A stretch of 64,000 nucleotides of DNA, from contig NC_045696.1 in assembly GCF_009834535.1 (NCBI RefSeq), positions 106,642,001 to 106,706,000 on the forward strand, in the 5' to 3' direction. Of the stretch, positions 1-12,989 are shown piece by piece; the first letter of the stretch is position 1; each line of letters opens with the position of its first letter. The stretch comes from Camelus ferus (taxonomy: Eukaryota). Below the pieces are notes generated by a model, which had not been told where the DNA came from, did no database searches, and saw only the letters and a list, made by a program, of their open reading frames with translations. A program made the position numbers and the translations under genes.

Positions 1-870
1 TGCTGTGTTAATTTCTGGTGGACAACATAGTGATTCAGTTATACATACATATATTATATATATTCTTTTTGAGATTCTTTTCCATTATAGGGTATTATAA
101 TACAGTTTCTTGTATGCTACAGTAGGACTTTGTTGTTTATCTGTTTTATATATAGTAGTTTGTATCTGCTAATCCCAAATTCCTAATTTATCCCTCCTTC
201 TTTTTCCCTCCTGGTAACCATAAGTGTATTTTCTATGTCTGTGAGGCTGTTTCTGTTTTATAAATAAGTTCATTTTTGTCATTTTTTAAAGAGTTCACAT
301 ATAAGTGATATCATGTGATATTTGTTTTCTCTGACTTACTTCACTTAGTATGATAATCTCTAGGTCCATCCATGTTGCTGCAGATGGCAATATTTTATTC
401 TTTTTTATGGCTGAGCAGTATTCCATTGTATATATGTAAATAAATATAATGTTTATATATTTATATAGATATATTATATATTTATACATTTAAAAAATAT
501 ATTTATATAGAAATGTTTTATATATATATATATATATACACGCACACACACACCACATCTTCTTTATCCAGTCATTTGTGTATGGACATTTAAGTTGCTT
601 CCATGTCTTGGCTACTGTAAACAGTGCTGCTATGAACATTGGGATGCAGGTAGCTTTTCAAATTAGAGTTTTCTTAGGACTAGGATTGCTGGATCATATG
701 ATAACTGTATTTTTAGCTTTTTGAGAACCTCCATACTGTTCTCCATGGTGGCTGCACCAATTTACATTCCCACCAACTGTGTAGGAGGGTTCCTTTTTCT
801 CCACACCCACTCCAGCATTCATCGTTTGTGGATTTTTTTGATTATGGCCATTCTGACCAGTGTAAGTCTC
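1..870 (-). mobile_element. LINE-1 3' fragment (ORF2 end + 3'UTR) with internal (TA)n expansion
   Basis: Minus-strand translations MEYCSAIKKNKILPSAATWMDLEIIILSEVSQ and [13 protein letters not shown] are typical of the L1 3' end; (TA)n at ~428-540. Confidence 0.92.
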
Positions 871-879
871 TTTCAATGT

Positions 880-1710
880 ACAGCAACCTCCTTCCCTTTT
901 GTTTTCCTTAACAGTGATTCATGGAGACCAGGCCAGCTGGCCTTTAGAATGTCCCACCTTATGGACTTTTGATCCCTTGTGGTACTGTTTGACTGTTCCC
1001 CTAGCCTCTGTATTTCTTGTAAATGCAAAGTTAGAACTAAAGGCTTGATTAGATTCCATCTAAGTAGTTCAGGCAAGTCTACGTCACAGCTGATGTCCTT
1101 TATGTTGCTTCATCACAGAAGGTGCAGCTGTCTGGCTGTCCCCCTGCTGATGCCCAGATAGAGTGCTGACCCCTCCTTTGTAAAGTTATGCTTTCCCCCT
1201 TGGAATCCAGGAGGTGACATTTGAGCACTGACACCTGTTCCCCTTTGGTTTTTGCATCCTTCAATGATCCATGACTGAATCACTTCTCTTATTAGGGGTT
1301 GCAAAGTCGTGACTTTCTAACTCCGTAAGTCCATCTATTATCAGCTAAGATTTTACTGTAAAGAAGAATGTTCTTTCATCTTCTGGGGCTAGGTGGTTAC
1401 CCTGGAATACAGCTCCCACTTGAAAGGCCTGATAATACCTAATTCTTTCCCAGTAATTACAAATTTTACAAGTAAGGAATTGATGTAATAGCTTTCTCTG
1501 ATGATGAGAAATCACTTTTTTTGTCTTTTCTCTTTTGAGTATCATTATAGACTGATGGATTTTTATATATTCAATTTGCAGTTATCACGCATTTGATACT
1601 TAAATTACCCCAACTTTGACCAGTAAGAAACCCTTCAAGCTGATATCTGTATCCTTTTGACATAACTCCATTTTTCTTTGAAAGCTTGCTTGATTTCTGG
1701 CTCAAGAGAC
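880..1710 (-). mobile_element. Old LINE-1 (L1M-type) 3'UTR relic
   Basis: Degenerate L1MC-like phrases (ttcaagctgatatctgtatccttttgacata). Confidence 0.5.
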
Positions 1711-1714
1711 TTGG

Positions 1715-2058
1715 TTTTTATTATTTATTTATTTATGTATTTATTTATGTATTTATTTATTTAAGTCTTTTTTTTCACCACTCCAAATTTATTTTCCATC
1801 CATCACCATAGAGTTGACCCCGTTTACCCACTTCATCCTTCTCCTTCCCCTTCCCCTCTAGTAACCGCTACTCTGTTCTTTGTATCTATGTATGTGTTCG
1901 TTTTTGTTTGGTTTGTTCATTCATTTTGTTTTTGTTTGTTTATTAGTTTTTATATTCCACATATGAGTGAAATTATACAGTATCTGTCTTTCTCCATCTG
2001 CCTTATTTCACTTGGCATAATATCCTCCAGGTCCATCCATGTTGTCACAAATGGCAGA
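1715..2058 (-). mobile_element. LINE-1 3' fragment with (TTTA)n tail
   Basis: tattccacatatgagtgaaattatacagtatctgtctttctcc...tccatccatgttgtcacaaatggcag; (TTTA)n at 1715-1762. Confidence 0.85.
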
Positions 2059-2894
2059 GACTTGGTTTTTAGAGAGTAAATTTCATTCTTTGCCCCCAGG
2101 TATTGCGAGGAGAAATGTACTCAAACAGGTGTATCTGATGCACACCTCTTACATAGTTAGCCCAAAGCTGGGTACTGTAAAAGAATCAAGAACAAAGTGC
2201 ATTCCTTATGAGTGGGTGAGACAGCTCAGTCTCGCTGCAGAGATGACCTGCACCAGCACAGGTAGGGGAAAGTGGGAAGAGCAGTTGCTCTGGGTTGACT
2301 GTCAATCAAGCACCTGGATTCAGGCATGCACAGGAAGGAGGGAGGAACTCTGACCCTGGTTCCTGTGTGTGTGTGTGTGTTTTCAGATCTTGGCTTTGGA
2401 GGGCAGCAGACGGTTTCCAGGAAGGGGTATCTAGGGTTGGAGGGGTTGGGGTGAGTTGGAGTGTCGCTTTACCTGAAATCTCCCTGAATGACAGAGGGCA
2501 TGTGCTCAGTGGCTGCAGATTGGTGCCAGATCTGCCTCTCTCCCCGGCCGGCTTGAGCGGGCAGCAGCCTGTCTTTCTCACCTTCCTGTGCTCGGAGACT
2601 GGCATCATGCCCTGTACATCAATAACTATTGGATGCAAGTAAAAACTAAAACCCATTGAGTTTAGAATTTGAAGGAGTCAAGAAGAGAGACAGATTTCAG
2701 ACAGAGCTGATTTTAGGCAGAAGAAGAGGTCTACAAACTTGACATTGCAGTAGGTTTAGGATTAAATGTGACGGGAGAAGACACAACCCCAAACAACTAG
2801 GTAATACCTATGAGATTTAGCTTTGGACCCAGCAAATAGTAAGACTGGTAGTAACTTAAAGATAGCATAGCATCTGTCTTTGCATGTACTTGCT

Positions 2895-3080
2895 TGTATA
2901 ATAGCGGACAAGTTATTTCAACTCCCTGAGACTCAGTCTCTTCTTCTGTAAAATGGGGACTCGTAACAGTATCATCTTCATGAAGTTGGATGAGAGTTAA
3001 ATGAGATCATGTAGGTAAAGTGCTTAATCCAGAGCCTGGCACAAAGTCGCCATTCCCCAGGTGTCAGCTGCCAATATTAT
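2895..3080 (+). mobile_element. MIR SINE
   Basis: Core ctcagtctcttcttctgtaaaatgggg...ttaaatgagatcatgtaggtaaagtgctt. Confidence 0.8.
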
Positions 3081-4154
3081 TACCGGCAAGAGGCAATGTT
3101 GCACGTGGTCACCTGTGTCAGACTCTAGAGAATTTCAGAAAGTGAGGAAGAGGAAAGAACCTGTGGAGTTGGAGTAGACGTCTTGGGGATGTCTGAGGTG
3201 AGCAGCTGAATTTCAGTGGTGGGAAATAAAGAGATACCTGTGGTTATGAGTCAAAGAATGGAAATGGGGCAATCGGGACGCTCATCTGATAAGTTTAACT
3301 GGAAAGAAGAAAGAGTTAGACCAGTAGAGACAAGGTACAGCAAAAATAAGAGTGCAGTGTGTGGTTTTAAATAGAGAGCTGAGCTCTGTCTGTTCAAAGG
3401 AAGAAAAGAAGAATCAAGAACAGAAGGAAAAAATAAAAATGTTGGAAAGAGGGGACACAATTGTGGGCTCAGTTAGTGTTCGACACAGACCCATCGACAC
3501 TCCCTACTGTTTCTCACTGAGCTAAAAAGGGAGAGAATAGACTTTGCTACCCAAACACCTTCATAGTGCATCTATCAAAACCCAGCAAGGCAATCCACTG
3601 ACCCTTGAGTCTCGCCTGTGTCTTTGGCCATGACCTTATCCTGGGGAGCCTCCCTGAAATGCTTCTTCTCCTGGACAGGGGAGATAATACTGCCAACCTG
3701 GCAAAGGTGCCTCAAATATTAGAGGCCATGTGTATAAAACAGCTGCAACTTAGTACATGATCAGTGAACGGTAGTCACTGCGTTATTAGTAAATCATACG
3801 TTCACTCCAGCCCCTTATTTTATAAGGCATTTTCTTGAAAATAATATACTTGTTTTCACACACATATTTGAGAATTTATTTAAAGGGGTCTTGGAAGGGA
3901 CAAGTTTTATGTAAACACAATATATTCTGTACTGGAAGCTGGAAGAAGGCAATCCTAAGTCCAGGCTAAGCAGCATCGCCAAGTAACCTGGGTGCTCAGT
4001 TGTGCTGTCAAAAAACAGGCACTTTGAACACAGGGGGATTCCTTAATATAAAGTGGGGACAGGTGGGAGGGGACCAGAATTCTTCTTCATCTCCCCCTCC
4101 CTCTTCTTCCTCTTCACCATCATCATAATGGAATAGCATCAGAACTGGGGTTCT

Positions 4155-4567
4155 CATATATCACTCATATGTGGAATCTAAAAAAAAAAAAAGAAAAAAG
4201 AAAAAAGAAGACACTAATGAACTTATCTATAAAACAGAAAGAGACTCACAGACACAGAAAACAAACTTATGGTTACCAAAGGGGAAAAGAGGTGGGAAGG
4301 GATAAATTGGGAGTTTGAGATTTGCAGATACTAACTACTAATATAAAATAGATAAAGAACAAGTTTCTACTGTATAGCACAGGGAATTATATTCAATATC
4401 TGGTAGTAACCCATAATGAAAAAGAACATGAAAAGGAATATATGTATGTATATGCATGACTGAAACACTGTGCTGTACACCAGAAATTGACACATTGTAA
4501 CTGACCATACTTCAATTTAAAAAATGTAAGCAAATTACAGTTATTAAAGTTTTTTCAAGGATAAAAA
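4155..4567 (+). mobile_element. 5'-truncated LINE-1 3'UTR with 14-bp TSD
   Basis: L1 3' end ending in an A-rich tail, flanked by a perfect AGAACTGGGGTTCT at 4141-4154 and 4568-4581. Confidence 0.93.
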
Positions 4568-4707
4568 AGAACTGGGGTTCTATTTAATTGAAGTTTCTGA
4601 TTACTTGAGGTGGATAGGATAGCCCTTGTCATTTCCACATTTGTCAGACTTTGTTCTGTAACAAGTGAATCCACTATGTTGTCTGTTAAGCGTCCCCGTG
4701 AAACATA

Positions 4708-5193
4708 CAGAGGGCCCCTGACTTACAATGGCTCAACCTGCCATCTAGGAACTTTAGGATGATGTGAAAGAAATACGCATTCAATAGAAATCGTACTTTG
4801 AATTTTGATTTTACTCTTTTCCCGGGCTAGTGATACACGTATGATACTCTCTGGCTGTGCTGGGCAGCGGCAGCTGCGGCTCCCAGTCAACCACGCAGTC
4901 CTGAGGGTCAGCGACTGATACAACCATTCTGTGCCCTTACAACCATTCTGGTTTTCACTTTCAGTAGAGTATTCAAGAAATCACATGCGATAGTCAATAT
5001 TTTATCAAGTCAGCTTTGCGTTAGAGGCTTTTGCCCAACTGTAGGCTAATGTGAGTGCTCTGGGCACTTGAAGGTAGGCTAAGCTACGATGTTTGGTAGG
5101 TTAGGTGCAGTCAATGCATTTTCCACTTACAGTATTTTTGACTTTTAATGGGTTTATCAGGACATAACCTCATTGTAAGTCAAAGAAGATCTG
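4708..5193 (-). mobile_element. Tigger5/MER47-like non-autonomous Tc1/mariner DNA transposon
   Basis: Imperfect TIRs cagagggcccctgacttacaatgg / cattgtaagtcaaagaagatctg with TA on both sides (4706-4707, 5194-5195); interior resembles MER47. Confidence 0.88.
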
Positions 5194-5279
5194 TAATTTG
5201 ATCTTCCCTTGATGACTCAGGATCCTACAGTGCCACAAGGTGGTTATTACAAACATTAACAAGAATTTGTAGATGCTGA

Positions 5280-5472
5280 GTACTATATATAACATAGATA
5301 AACAACAAGGTCCTACTCTATAGCACAGAGAACTATATTCAATACATTATAATAACCTATAATGAAAAAGAATATGAATAGGAATATATGGATAGGTGTA
5401 TAAATGAATCACTGTGCTGTACCCCAGAAATTAACACATTGTAAATTGACTATACTTCAATTAAAAAAAAAA
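5280..5472 (+). mobile_element. LINE-1 extreme 3' end
   Basis: Homologous to the 3' end of the 4155-4567 copy (tatagcacagagaactatattcaata...tatacttcaattaaaaaaaaaa). Confidence 0.9.
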
Positions 5473-7610
5473 CCCAAGAAGTATGGTTCTGTAGGGCAAA
5501 TGAAGAAGGCTGAAAGAATTGGACTGGATTCGTATTGACCCCAGGATATAACCTCTTCATAAATTCTTACTTTTACATTTTTCTTCCAAAAGCAATTCTG
5601 GCTTGCAACTGCACTTTGTTGGGTTCTGGTTAATTTAATTGAATCAGCAAGTAAAGAGGGCTCCCTAAGTCCAGTAGTGTTTCTTTCTCTTATGCCCCAT
5701 GGTCATTCCCTGGAAGTCCATCCTGCTTTCTGCCCCTGCTCTGGGTTGAGGGGCAGCCCCATTTGGTGCTGTTAGCTATTTTCTTCCCTAATTTATCACC
5801 TTGTCCTATCCTGTCTTGTTACTAAATATACATCATTGTAATGAAGCAAAATTAAAATATCAGCATAGTGTTCCTGTTTCAATACTTAATTACCTGACAA
5901 TTATATTTTTTTCTCAAGAGATGTTTTGCCATTTTTACAAGCTTGTAGGAAGAAGAGTTTATTTGCATTTCAAAATAGAATTTTATGAAGGGAGACTCCA
6001 CAGCAAGGAGACAGAATCAGAGATTATTTTCTGATAGTGACAGCACTGTGAGGACAGCACATCTTAGTTGAATAAACAGCTTTTTAAGGATTAACTTAGA
6101 GGCATACCAGTTTCTTCTTCCCAAGGGAAGCTAACAGGCATTCTAGTCTTGAACTAAAACCATACAAGACAGAGGTTCATCAAAGAGAAAGTTTATAAGC
6201 TTTTATTCAAGAAAATAATTTTATCACAAGAAAAAAATTTGTTATTGACACATTTGCCAAACTATATTTTTGTGCTGATTCAAACATTTCCTCAAGTACT
6301 TTTGGGTTTTTTAAAGAATTATTATTAAAATCCTGTGCCTTCTATCCCAAGCTCTAATATATATTTTGACAGGAACATCTAATTTCAACAAGGTTGACAA
6401 AGTTGGTGAGTTTCTGTAGTGAAAATATTTCTCATATTAAAAAAATTAAATCACAGAGCCTATTCTGTCTGGAGACGACATGTCAGTAAAATAATTTTTT
6501 ACAAGGGTAAATTAAGTCCCACAGCACGGCAACTCACCTAAAGTTCAATGTTGCCACATTATTGTTTTACTGGGAAAAACGGTCTTATTAGGTCCAGTAT
6601 GTTTATAATGCATCTTATAAACATAGTTTTCCAGTCGCTCTCACACAGGTTCCCAAGATTTATTCAAGATCTCAAGAGCCATGACCAAAAGGCACTACAA
6701 ATTCTCTGCCCCATACCCTCTTGACATCTTTAGACATGTGGGAACCCTCTCAGCCTAGAAGGGAAAGATCAGTAAAAAGACAGTCTCATTTGTGCCTGTA
6801 GTTGGGAAAATGCAACTTGACTTTGGGATAAAGTGGCAGCATTCGAAGTGTCCACAAGATGGCACGATTGCCCTAGGATGTTAATGCAACCATGTTGGCA
6901 CATATGGGGCCACTGCTGCAGACCCCAAAGGGACAATTTTGGATACTGATGAAAAGCCAAGGGACACCGAGCACAGGAGAGAAGGTTACACAGGGAATGT
7001 AGAAGTTTAGGGAGTAGAAATCTGAGTCAGCTTCCAATTCAAGAATTGTGTTTTTAGCTTTACTATAATTTTATACATATCGGTGCTGGTTATTTTCAGA
7101 AAGAGGCAAGTGAAACTTTACAGGCCCCTGTGATTTTTGAATTACGGTATCTTGCGGCTTATCCTTTTTCATCTGCCAAGAAAGCAAAATGGACTCAGGG
7201 ATTTCTTTTAGGAAGAAAATTTCAGGGCAGAGCCATATATGGCCCAGTGTATCTTCTCTAACCCCAAAGACTTAATCATTGGAAGACAATTTTTAAACAT
7301 CAGTTATCTATACTATTATTACTTTGGATGATTACAGTATTCCTGGACATGGGAAAGAAACATAGCTTCTTTTCCATTGTTTAGCTTAAATAGATCCCTA
7401 GCTGGTTTCAGGGACTTGGACACAATGCTTCAACACCTGGGAGGCTCAGGGGTGTGTATGTGCACGTGCTTCTGTCTTATCCTGGGGGATTTATTTTTAA
7501 AAGGTCAAAATTGTCCTTGGTACTTCCAGATCCCCCTTCCCCTCTCCTCCAGATTTCCTACTCCTAGGTATCTCCAGAGCATAAGGATTTGTCCATAGCA
7601 AGACTGTTTT

Positions 7611-7638
7611 CAGCAACCCTAAATCAGCAACCCTAAAT
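7611..7638. repeat. 14-bp perfect tandem duplication
   Basis: cagcaaccctaaat x2. Confidence 0.9.
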
Positions 7639-7899
7639 CAGACCATACTGATCCTGTTTTCCAAAGGAAGAGCCTACTTTTATCTTGGGAAGGGAGTGTT
7701 CTAGGTTCATTGGCTGAAGTGGGATGGCTTACTGGGGAAAACCAGCACTATCTTCCTTTGATAAAGGCCCTAATCCACACAGGAGCCAAGGAGGGTTACT
7801 TCAAGTCAGGGTACAGTGCAGCCCAGAAGTCTAGGGCAGGAACTTTGAGAAGATCAAAACTGAAAATAAAGAAGACACTTTTTAATAAATGTATTATAT

Positions 7900-8240
7900 A
7901 CAATTAGACTAAATAAAACCTAAAACAACCATAACTCATTACTGGCAGTGCAAAAAACAAAATGCAAAAGGACCTTGAAATGTTTCTAGACTTTAACCTG
8001 GTAAGGACACATATGAAAATTATTCTTAAAAAAACCATTCAACAGACAAAAATAAGCAATAAACAAAATGTTCTTTGCAGCGCAATCTATAATTCTGAAA
8101 AATTGAAAAAGTTAAATGTCAAACATTATTTAAGATTAGTGATTTGATAGATTAAGGTACACCTAGCTACTGAATGAAGTTTTAAGCAGTATTAAAAATA
8201 AATAAAAACACTATTTAGTAACCTTTAAAAGTGTTGATTT
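7900..8240 (+). mobile_element. Old LINE-1 (L1M) relic
   Basis: A-rich, degenerate similarity to the L1 ORF2 end. Confidence 0.45.
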
Positions 8241-9526
8241 CAGGCTACTGGGAAAAGCTATGCTCTGCAATGAGACAGGAAGCACAGGTGGCTGTCCTTA
8301 GAGGTCAGGGCTATTCCAGCTGGAGCAGCGGGGCTTCTCTCCAAATATTACCAGTACCCAGTATGTTTGGGGGGCAGCAAACAGATTTAGTGTATGTCTG
8401 TATCTCTAGAGTGAGTCCTGTAATTAGCAGCTGTGTGCTCAGTCAGTAGACTTTTGCTTTGCTGCAGAAATGACCTTGATTTTAGGATGTCCATGACAGT
8501 GGACTCGGCTTCCAAGGGACTGGCCTCATGGACTTGAAGAATTCTCCTGTATTGCCAACTGCACGCTGCAAAATGGAAACAAAGAAATTACAGCTGTTCC
8601 CCACCGCCCCACACTGCTCCATCTTCCACCTGTACTGGACACAGATCTGAGTTAACAGAACAAGAGATGCTACAAGTAAGCAAAGGAACGTCCAGTCTTC
8701 CCTTATGACAAAGCAGCATCCACTTTGCAGATTATCAATCTTGGGGATTACATCGGGTGAGAATTTGACTTCACTGTGACTGGCCGCCCTCCTCCCACTA
8801 TCTTACGCTCTGCTCCCCTTCCTCCCCTCATCATCTACACAGATGGAAACAAATTTTCGTATGAGTCTAAATCAGACACAATTAAGGAGGCAAACTGCTC
8901 AAAGTATAAATCACATTGTGTTTTCCAAAAATAAATATTAGTCATTTATCAATAGGGTTGTAAGTTATCTGGGAGAGATTTGTTTTTGTTGTCAGTTCTT
9001 TTCAGGAATTCAAATAATTGATAGTTAATTGCATATTGATTTTTCTGCAGATACAGTATAAGATATACTGATAGAGTTCCAGGATCCTAAACACACGGCC
9101 ACCAGCGTCAAAGCCGGAGAACCGGGAGAGGTTCCTCTGACTCAGCGAGTTGCTTTCAATATCAGGTTTTCACCTTGAGACTCAAAACGGCTCCTCCGAC
9201 TTTATCTCCTGATGATCCCGCTGTTGCCACGCCCTCTCCATCGGGTGAACAGGCTGTATGAAGGAATTCACGTCAATTGTGGCTGTCGACAGATGTCAGG
9301 GATAGAAGCCTTCATCGTTTTGGGAATTACTTCCAGCGTAAGTTAGTATAAATATGACACATTATCTGGAAAAGGTTAATTCCATCTTTGTAATCAGTTT
9401 GGATGAAAAGGGGCTTACTGGTGAGTTATTAAAATAATTGTAAATGCCACCTAACTTTCAGGTAGAGGAGGCTCTTATTTTTTTTTCTTATTTTCAATGT
9501 AACAAATGTATTTCTAATTGTCCTTT

Positions 9527-9660
9527 TAAAAAAAAATTGGGGAGGGAGGTAATTAGGTTTATCTATTTACTTCTTAATAGAGGTTCTGGGGGTTGAACCC
9601 AGGACCTTGTACATGCCAAGTATGCGCTCTGCCACTGAGCTATACCCTCCCCGCCTTGAG
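9527..9660 (-). mobile_element. tRNA-Ala-derived SINE (camelid Vic-1-like)
   Basis: Minus strand reads GGGGAGGGTATAGCTCAGTGGCAGAGCGCATACTTGGCATGTACAAGGTCCTGGGTTCAACC with A and B boxes; candidate TSD TTGTCCTTT at 9518-9526 and 9661-9669. Confidence 0.9.
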
Positions 9661-10739
9661 TTGTCCTTTAGATGCTGGTCATGTTTCATCTCTGTCAAGT
9701 TTTGAGGTGTAAGTGGAAAAGTAATAGAGGTACAGGCTGCTAATTTAGTGCTATTTCAATTGCAAGTTGAATGGAGGCCCCTGCTACTTACCTGTGCACA
9801 GCTTGCTCATGGACGAATGGATTATGGGGTGGGATGGGGGTGAGGGATGGGGCCAAAGATGGAAGGATGTCGAGCTGAGCTTGAGAGGGTCACCTCCTTG
9901 GGACCGTCATCAGTACCATGTTCTCAGAGATCCAGGCCTCAAATGGCAGCTGAGCCCCCAGCGATGAAACCAGTGTCTAGAAAGGAAGGAAATTTAAAAG
10001 AAAAACAAAACCTGGCACCACTTTCCTAGATTAGCTTTCTTTCCCTTTTATTGCAGTGGTTTAATGCACAAATGGGCTACTTTGTGCCTTTGCAGCCAAA
10101 ATAATTTCCATTTTACATTATGCTCATGGTGAATGAATTCGAACTCAAGCCTTCAGAGTTTAAAGAGCTATTCCAGCTCTGTGTGGGAGCAAGGACTGAG
10201 GGGCTGTGTGCACCATTTAATCACTACTGTATTCTAGTCCAAGGCCAAGAATGTGACCGTCATCCAGAAGGCAATGGAAGATTCCAGGGGTTCTGACTTC
10301 TTACTAGCAAATTCAGGATATAAAAGTCATGTACATTATAAAGAAAAAAAGTTGACTCAAGAGTCAAAAAAAAAAAAAAAACAAACACCAGCATCACTCT
10401 GGAAATTAGGTGCATAATGTGTCTTACCGTGCCAGCCAGGTGATGAGCTAATGGTCTGTGCATAACCTCTGCTCACAAACACTGAAGAGATTGACTCCAC
10501 ACCTTGCTGCCACGTCTCCCATGTTGGCAGATAGACTGAATCACATTCTAGCATCTTGTTCAAAGAAACCTACACATGGAGGGCTCAACTCTGCATTCGC
10601 ACCACATTTTCTTTTTCTTCTTTGGAAATTGCTTTTGGAATGGAGGGACAGTGGGAGAAGAGGTCAGTCTATCTTATTTGAATTAGGAAGATTTTTAAAA
10701 AATTAAACAAATCTGGAGATCACTGAGAACAACATATCA

Positions 10740-11216
10740 AATCCATGTATTTAGCATTCAGTTTAATAAACAACATCTTGTTATTATTTTTAGGGAAGAA
10801 AGGATTTAAAATACAGTCCTCCAGTTTCCTCTTCCTGGCCCCCTTCTCTCTCTCCCCCCTCTGAATAAAGTCACTGTAGTGAACTTGGTGTGTGCCTAAA
10901 CCACGTTTCTATACTTTACCATACACAGCAGTGTACCCATAAATAGTGAATGTTGTGAGTGCTTTATAAAGTTATATAGATTGCGTGTGCTCTCATGCCT
11001 TGTGTAATGCCCTCCAGTTTTAATTTTTTCTCAGCCTTGTTTTTGACCTCCACCATGTACTTGTGGCCTTGGTCAGTGCATTTATTTCACTCCATGGATT
11101 TTGCCATAATCTATCCCATTACTTATTCCTGCACACTGAATTATTTCCATTTTTTTTTCGCCTTTACAACTCTGTTTAAATGGATATTCTTACTTATGTT
11201 TCCATGAGCAACTACA
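10740..11216 (-). mobile_element. Old LINE-1 (L1M) relic, left part, interrupted by MER45
   Basis: Degenerate antisense L1 3' region that resumes after 12245. Confidence 0.55.
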
Positions 11217-12245
11217 CAGGACTGGCCACATAATGTGCTGGCCTAGTGCAAAATGAAGGTGTGGGGCTGGCTCCTGCCCCCTATTCAAAACACAGGGGGA
11301 AAAGTGCTGTTAAGGAACTAAACTATAAAGCTTTTTCTTTTCTTCCATGGCTTCTCTCAACTCGTCACAGTGTTTTTTATTTGCCATCCTCGTAGTGTTC
11401 TAAGAATAATGAGAAATGTAAATTATTATCAGGAATTTTACCTTTTACCGGTATATGGTTTACTATGCAATGCCAGTATGCCAGTTTTAAATGCAAATAT
11501 AAGTGTATTTAATAGGGAATCACTGAAATCATATTGCTTTCATCTTGTAGCTCTTACATGCAGATGCATTTCATTCTTACCAGAGACAGTGGAAACACTG
11601 CACAAAAGTAATTGAACTCTTTTTATTTCACTTCTTGACTCAGGCACCTCCTACCCACGCTCTGCCTTCAACTTACTGGTAAGTAAGGAAGAACCGAGGG
11701 GCGACAGATCTGAGGTGCTCTGTCCTTCCCTTTCCTCTTGTGTCGTCATCATTTTCAGCAGAAGTGGTTGGTTAATGCAGGGAAATAATGTGAATAAAAA
11801 AGGATAAGACAGAGATCTTCGGTTGCCCACACCTCCTTTCTGCATTCGAATTAAGTCCTGGTTCAGATGGGAAGTGTGACATCTTGGGGCTCACAGCACC
11901 CCACTTATTTAATTACTCGATCACTCAGTTGTAGAAGTCATGTGCTTACCTTGTTCCCGCTCAGCCCCGCTGACCTCCCCATCATGGGTCCACCAGAATG
12001 CTGGGCTCAGGGGGCGTCCTGGACCCTAGATGTGAATGGGGCACAAGGAATGGGGAGGCGCGCATATTATGCCCGACTCCTCTGCTCCGGACATGCTCCA
12101 CTGTCCCATCGAACTTCACTTAAAACCACAGGTTCAAAACTAATGAGCAATTTCAAGATGGTGAGAGCAGAACATTAAACCAAGCACTGGGCCCTCCTGA
12201 GGACAGAGCACTGTGAGATTACACGTGCCCACAGAGCTGGTCCTG
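11217..12245 (-). mobile_element. MER45B-like hAT (Tip100) DNA transposon
   Basis: Ends caggactggccacataatgtgctggcctagtgcaaaatga and ttcaagatggtgagagcagaacattaaaccaagcactgggccc...gctggtcctg match MER45 termini; length ~1.03 kb. Confidence 0.85.
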
Positions 12246-12677
12246 CATTTGCCTGAAAGGTGCTCCAGGATATTGTCTGCAAGTGGGTTTCTGAGTGGTT
12301 GTGTACATCGTCTATTTTAACCTGATATTACCAAAGCGAGTTCCATACTAGCCGGACAAATTTACATAAATACCAGTAGTTTCCATTGGGTCATATTCTC
12401 ACTCATACTTAATAATGAAATGTTACTTAATTTTGGCCAAGTGTCTTATTTTTGTTGTTATTTCCCTGTGAGGTTGAACATGTTTTCATTCGTTTGTTTA
12501 TTCTGGGGTGCGGTTGCAAGTTTCTCTTCTGTGAAATTCTTGTTCTATAATCTTTGCCCAATATTTACTGAGTTGTCTGTCTTGGTGTATTGATTTGTAG
12601 TTTCTAAAAAATATTCTCAATACTAATCTTGACTGTTATATATCTTGTCAATATCTTCCCTCAGGCTGCCTCTCATC
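12246..12677 (-). mobile_element. Old LINE-1 (L1M) relic, right part
   Basis: gaggttgaacatgttttcat...tcttctgtgaaattcttgttctataatctttgccca is typical antisense L1 ORF2. Confidence 0.7.
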
Positions 12678-12792
12678 TTTTTTTTTTTCTTGTGGGGGAG
12701 GTACTTATTTTTTTAATGCAGGTACTGAGAATTGAACCCAGGACCTCATGCATGCTAAGGGCATGCTCTACCACTGAGCTATACCCTCCCTC
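12678..12792 (-). mobile_element. tRNA-Ala-derived SINE (Vic-1-like)
   Basis: Reverse complement of GGGAGGGTATAGCTCAGTGGTAGAGCATGCCCTTAGCATGCATGAGGTCCTGGGTTCAATTCTCAGTACC, with polyT on + strand. Confidence 0.9.
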
Positions 12793-12803
12793 CTCCTTTC
12801 CTC

Positions 12804-12872
12804 AGGTTCAATCCCCAGTACCTCCATTAAAAAACAAATAACTAAATAAACCTAATTACCTCTCCCTCCAAA

Positions 12873-12911
<39 letters not shown>

Positions 12912-12913
12912 AA
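12804..12913 (+). mobile_element. 5'-truncated Vic-1-like SINE with (TAAA)n tail
   Basis: Starts at the B box GGTTCAATCCCCAGTACCTCCATTAAAAAA...CCTAATTACCTC, then (TAAA)n 12870-12912. Confidence 0.85.
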
Positions 12914-12989
12914 GACACAGAAACAATAAAACAAAATCAGACAAGTTTTCTTACGTTTTGGGCTGCATTAAGAAGTTCTCCAACCTCCA

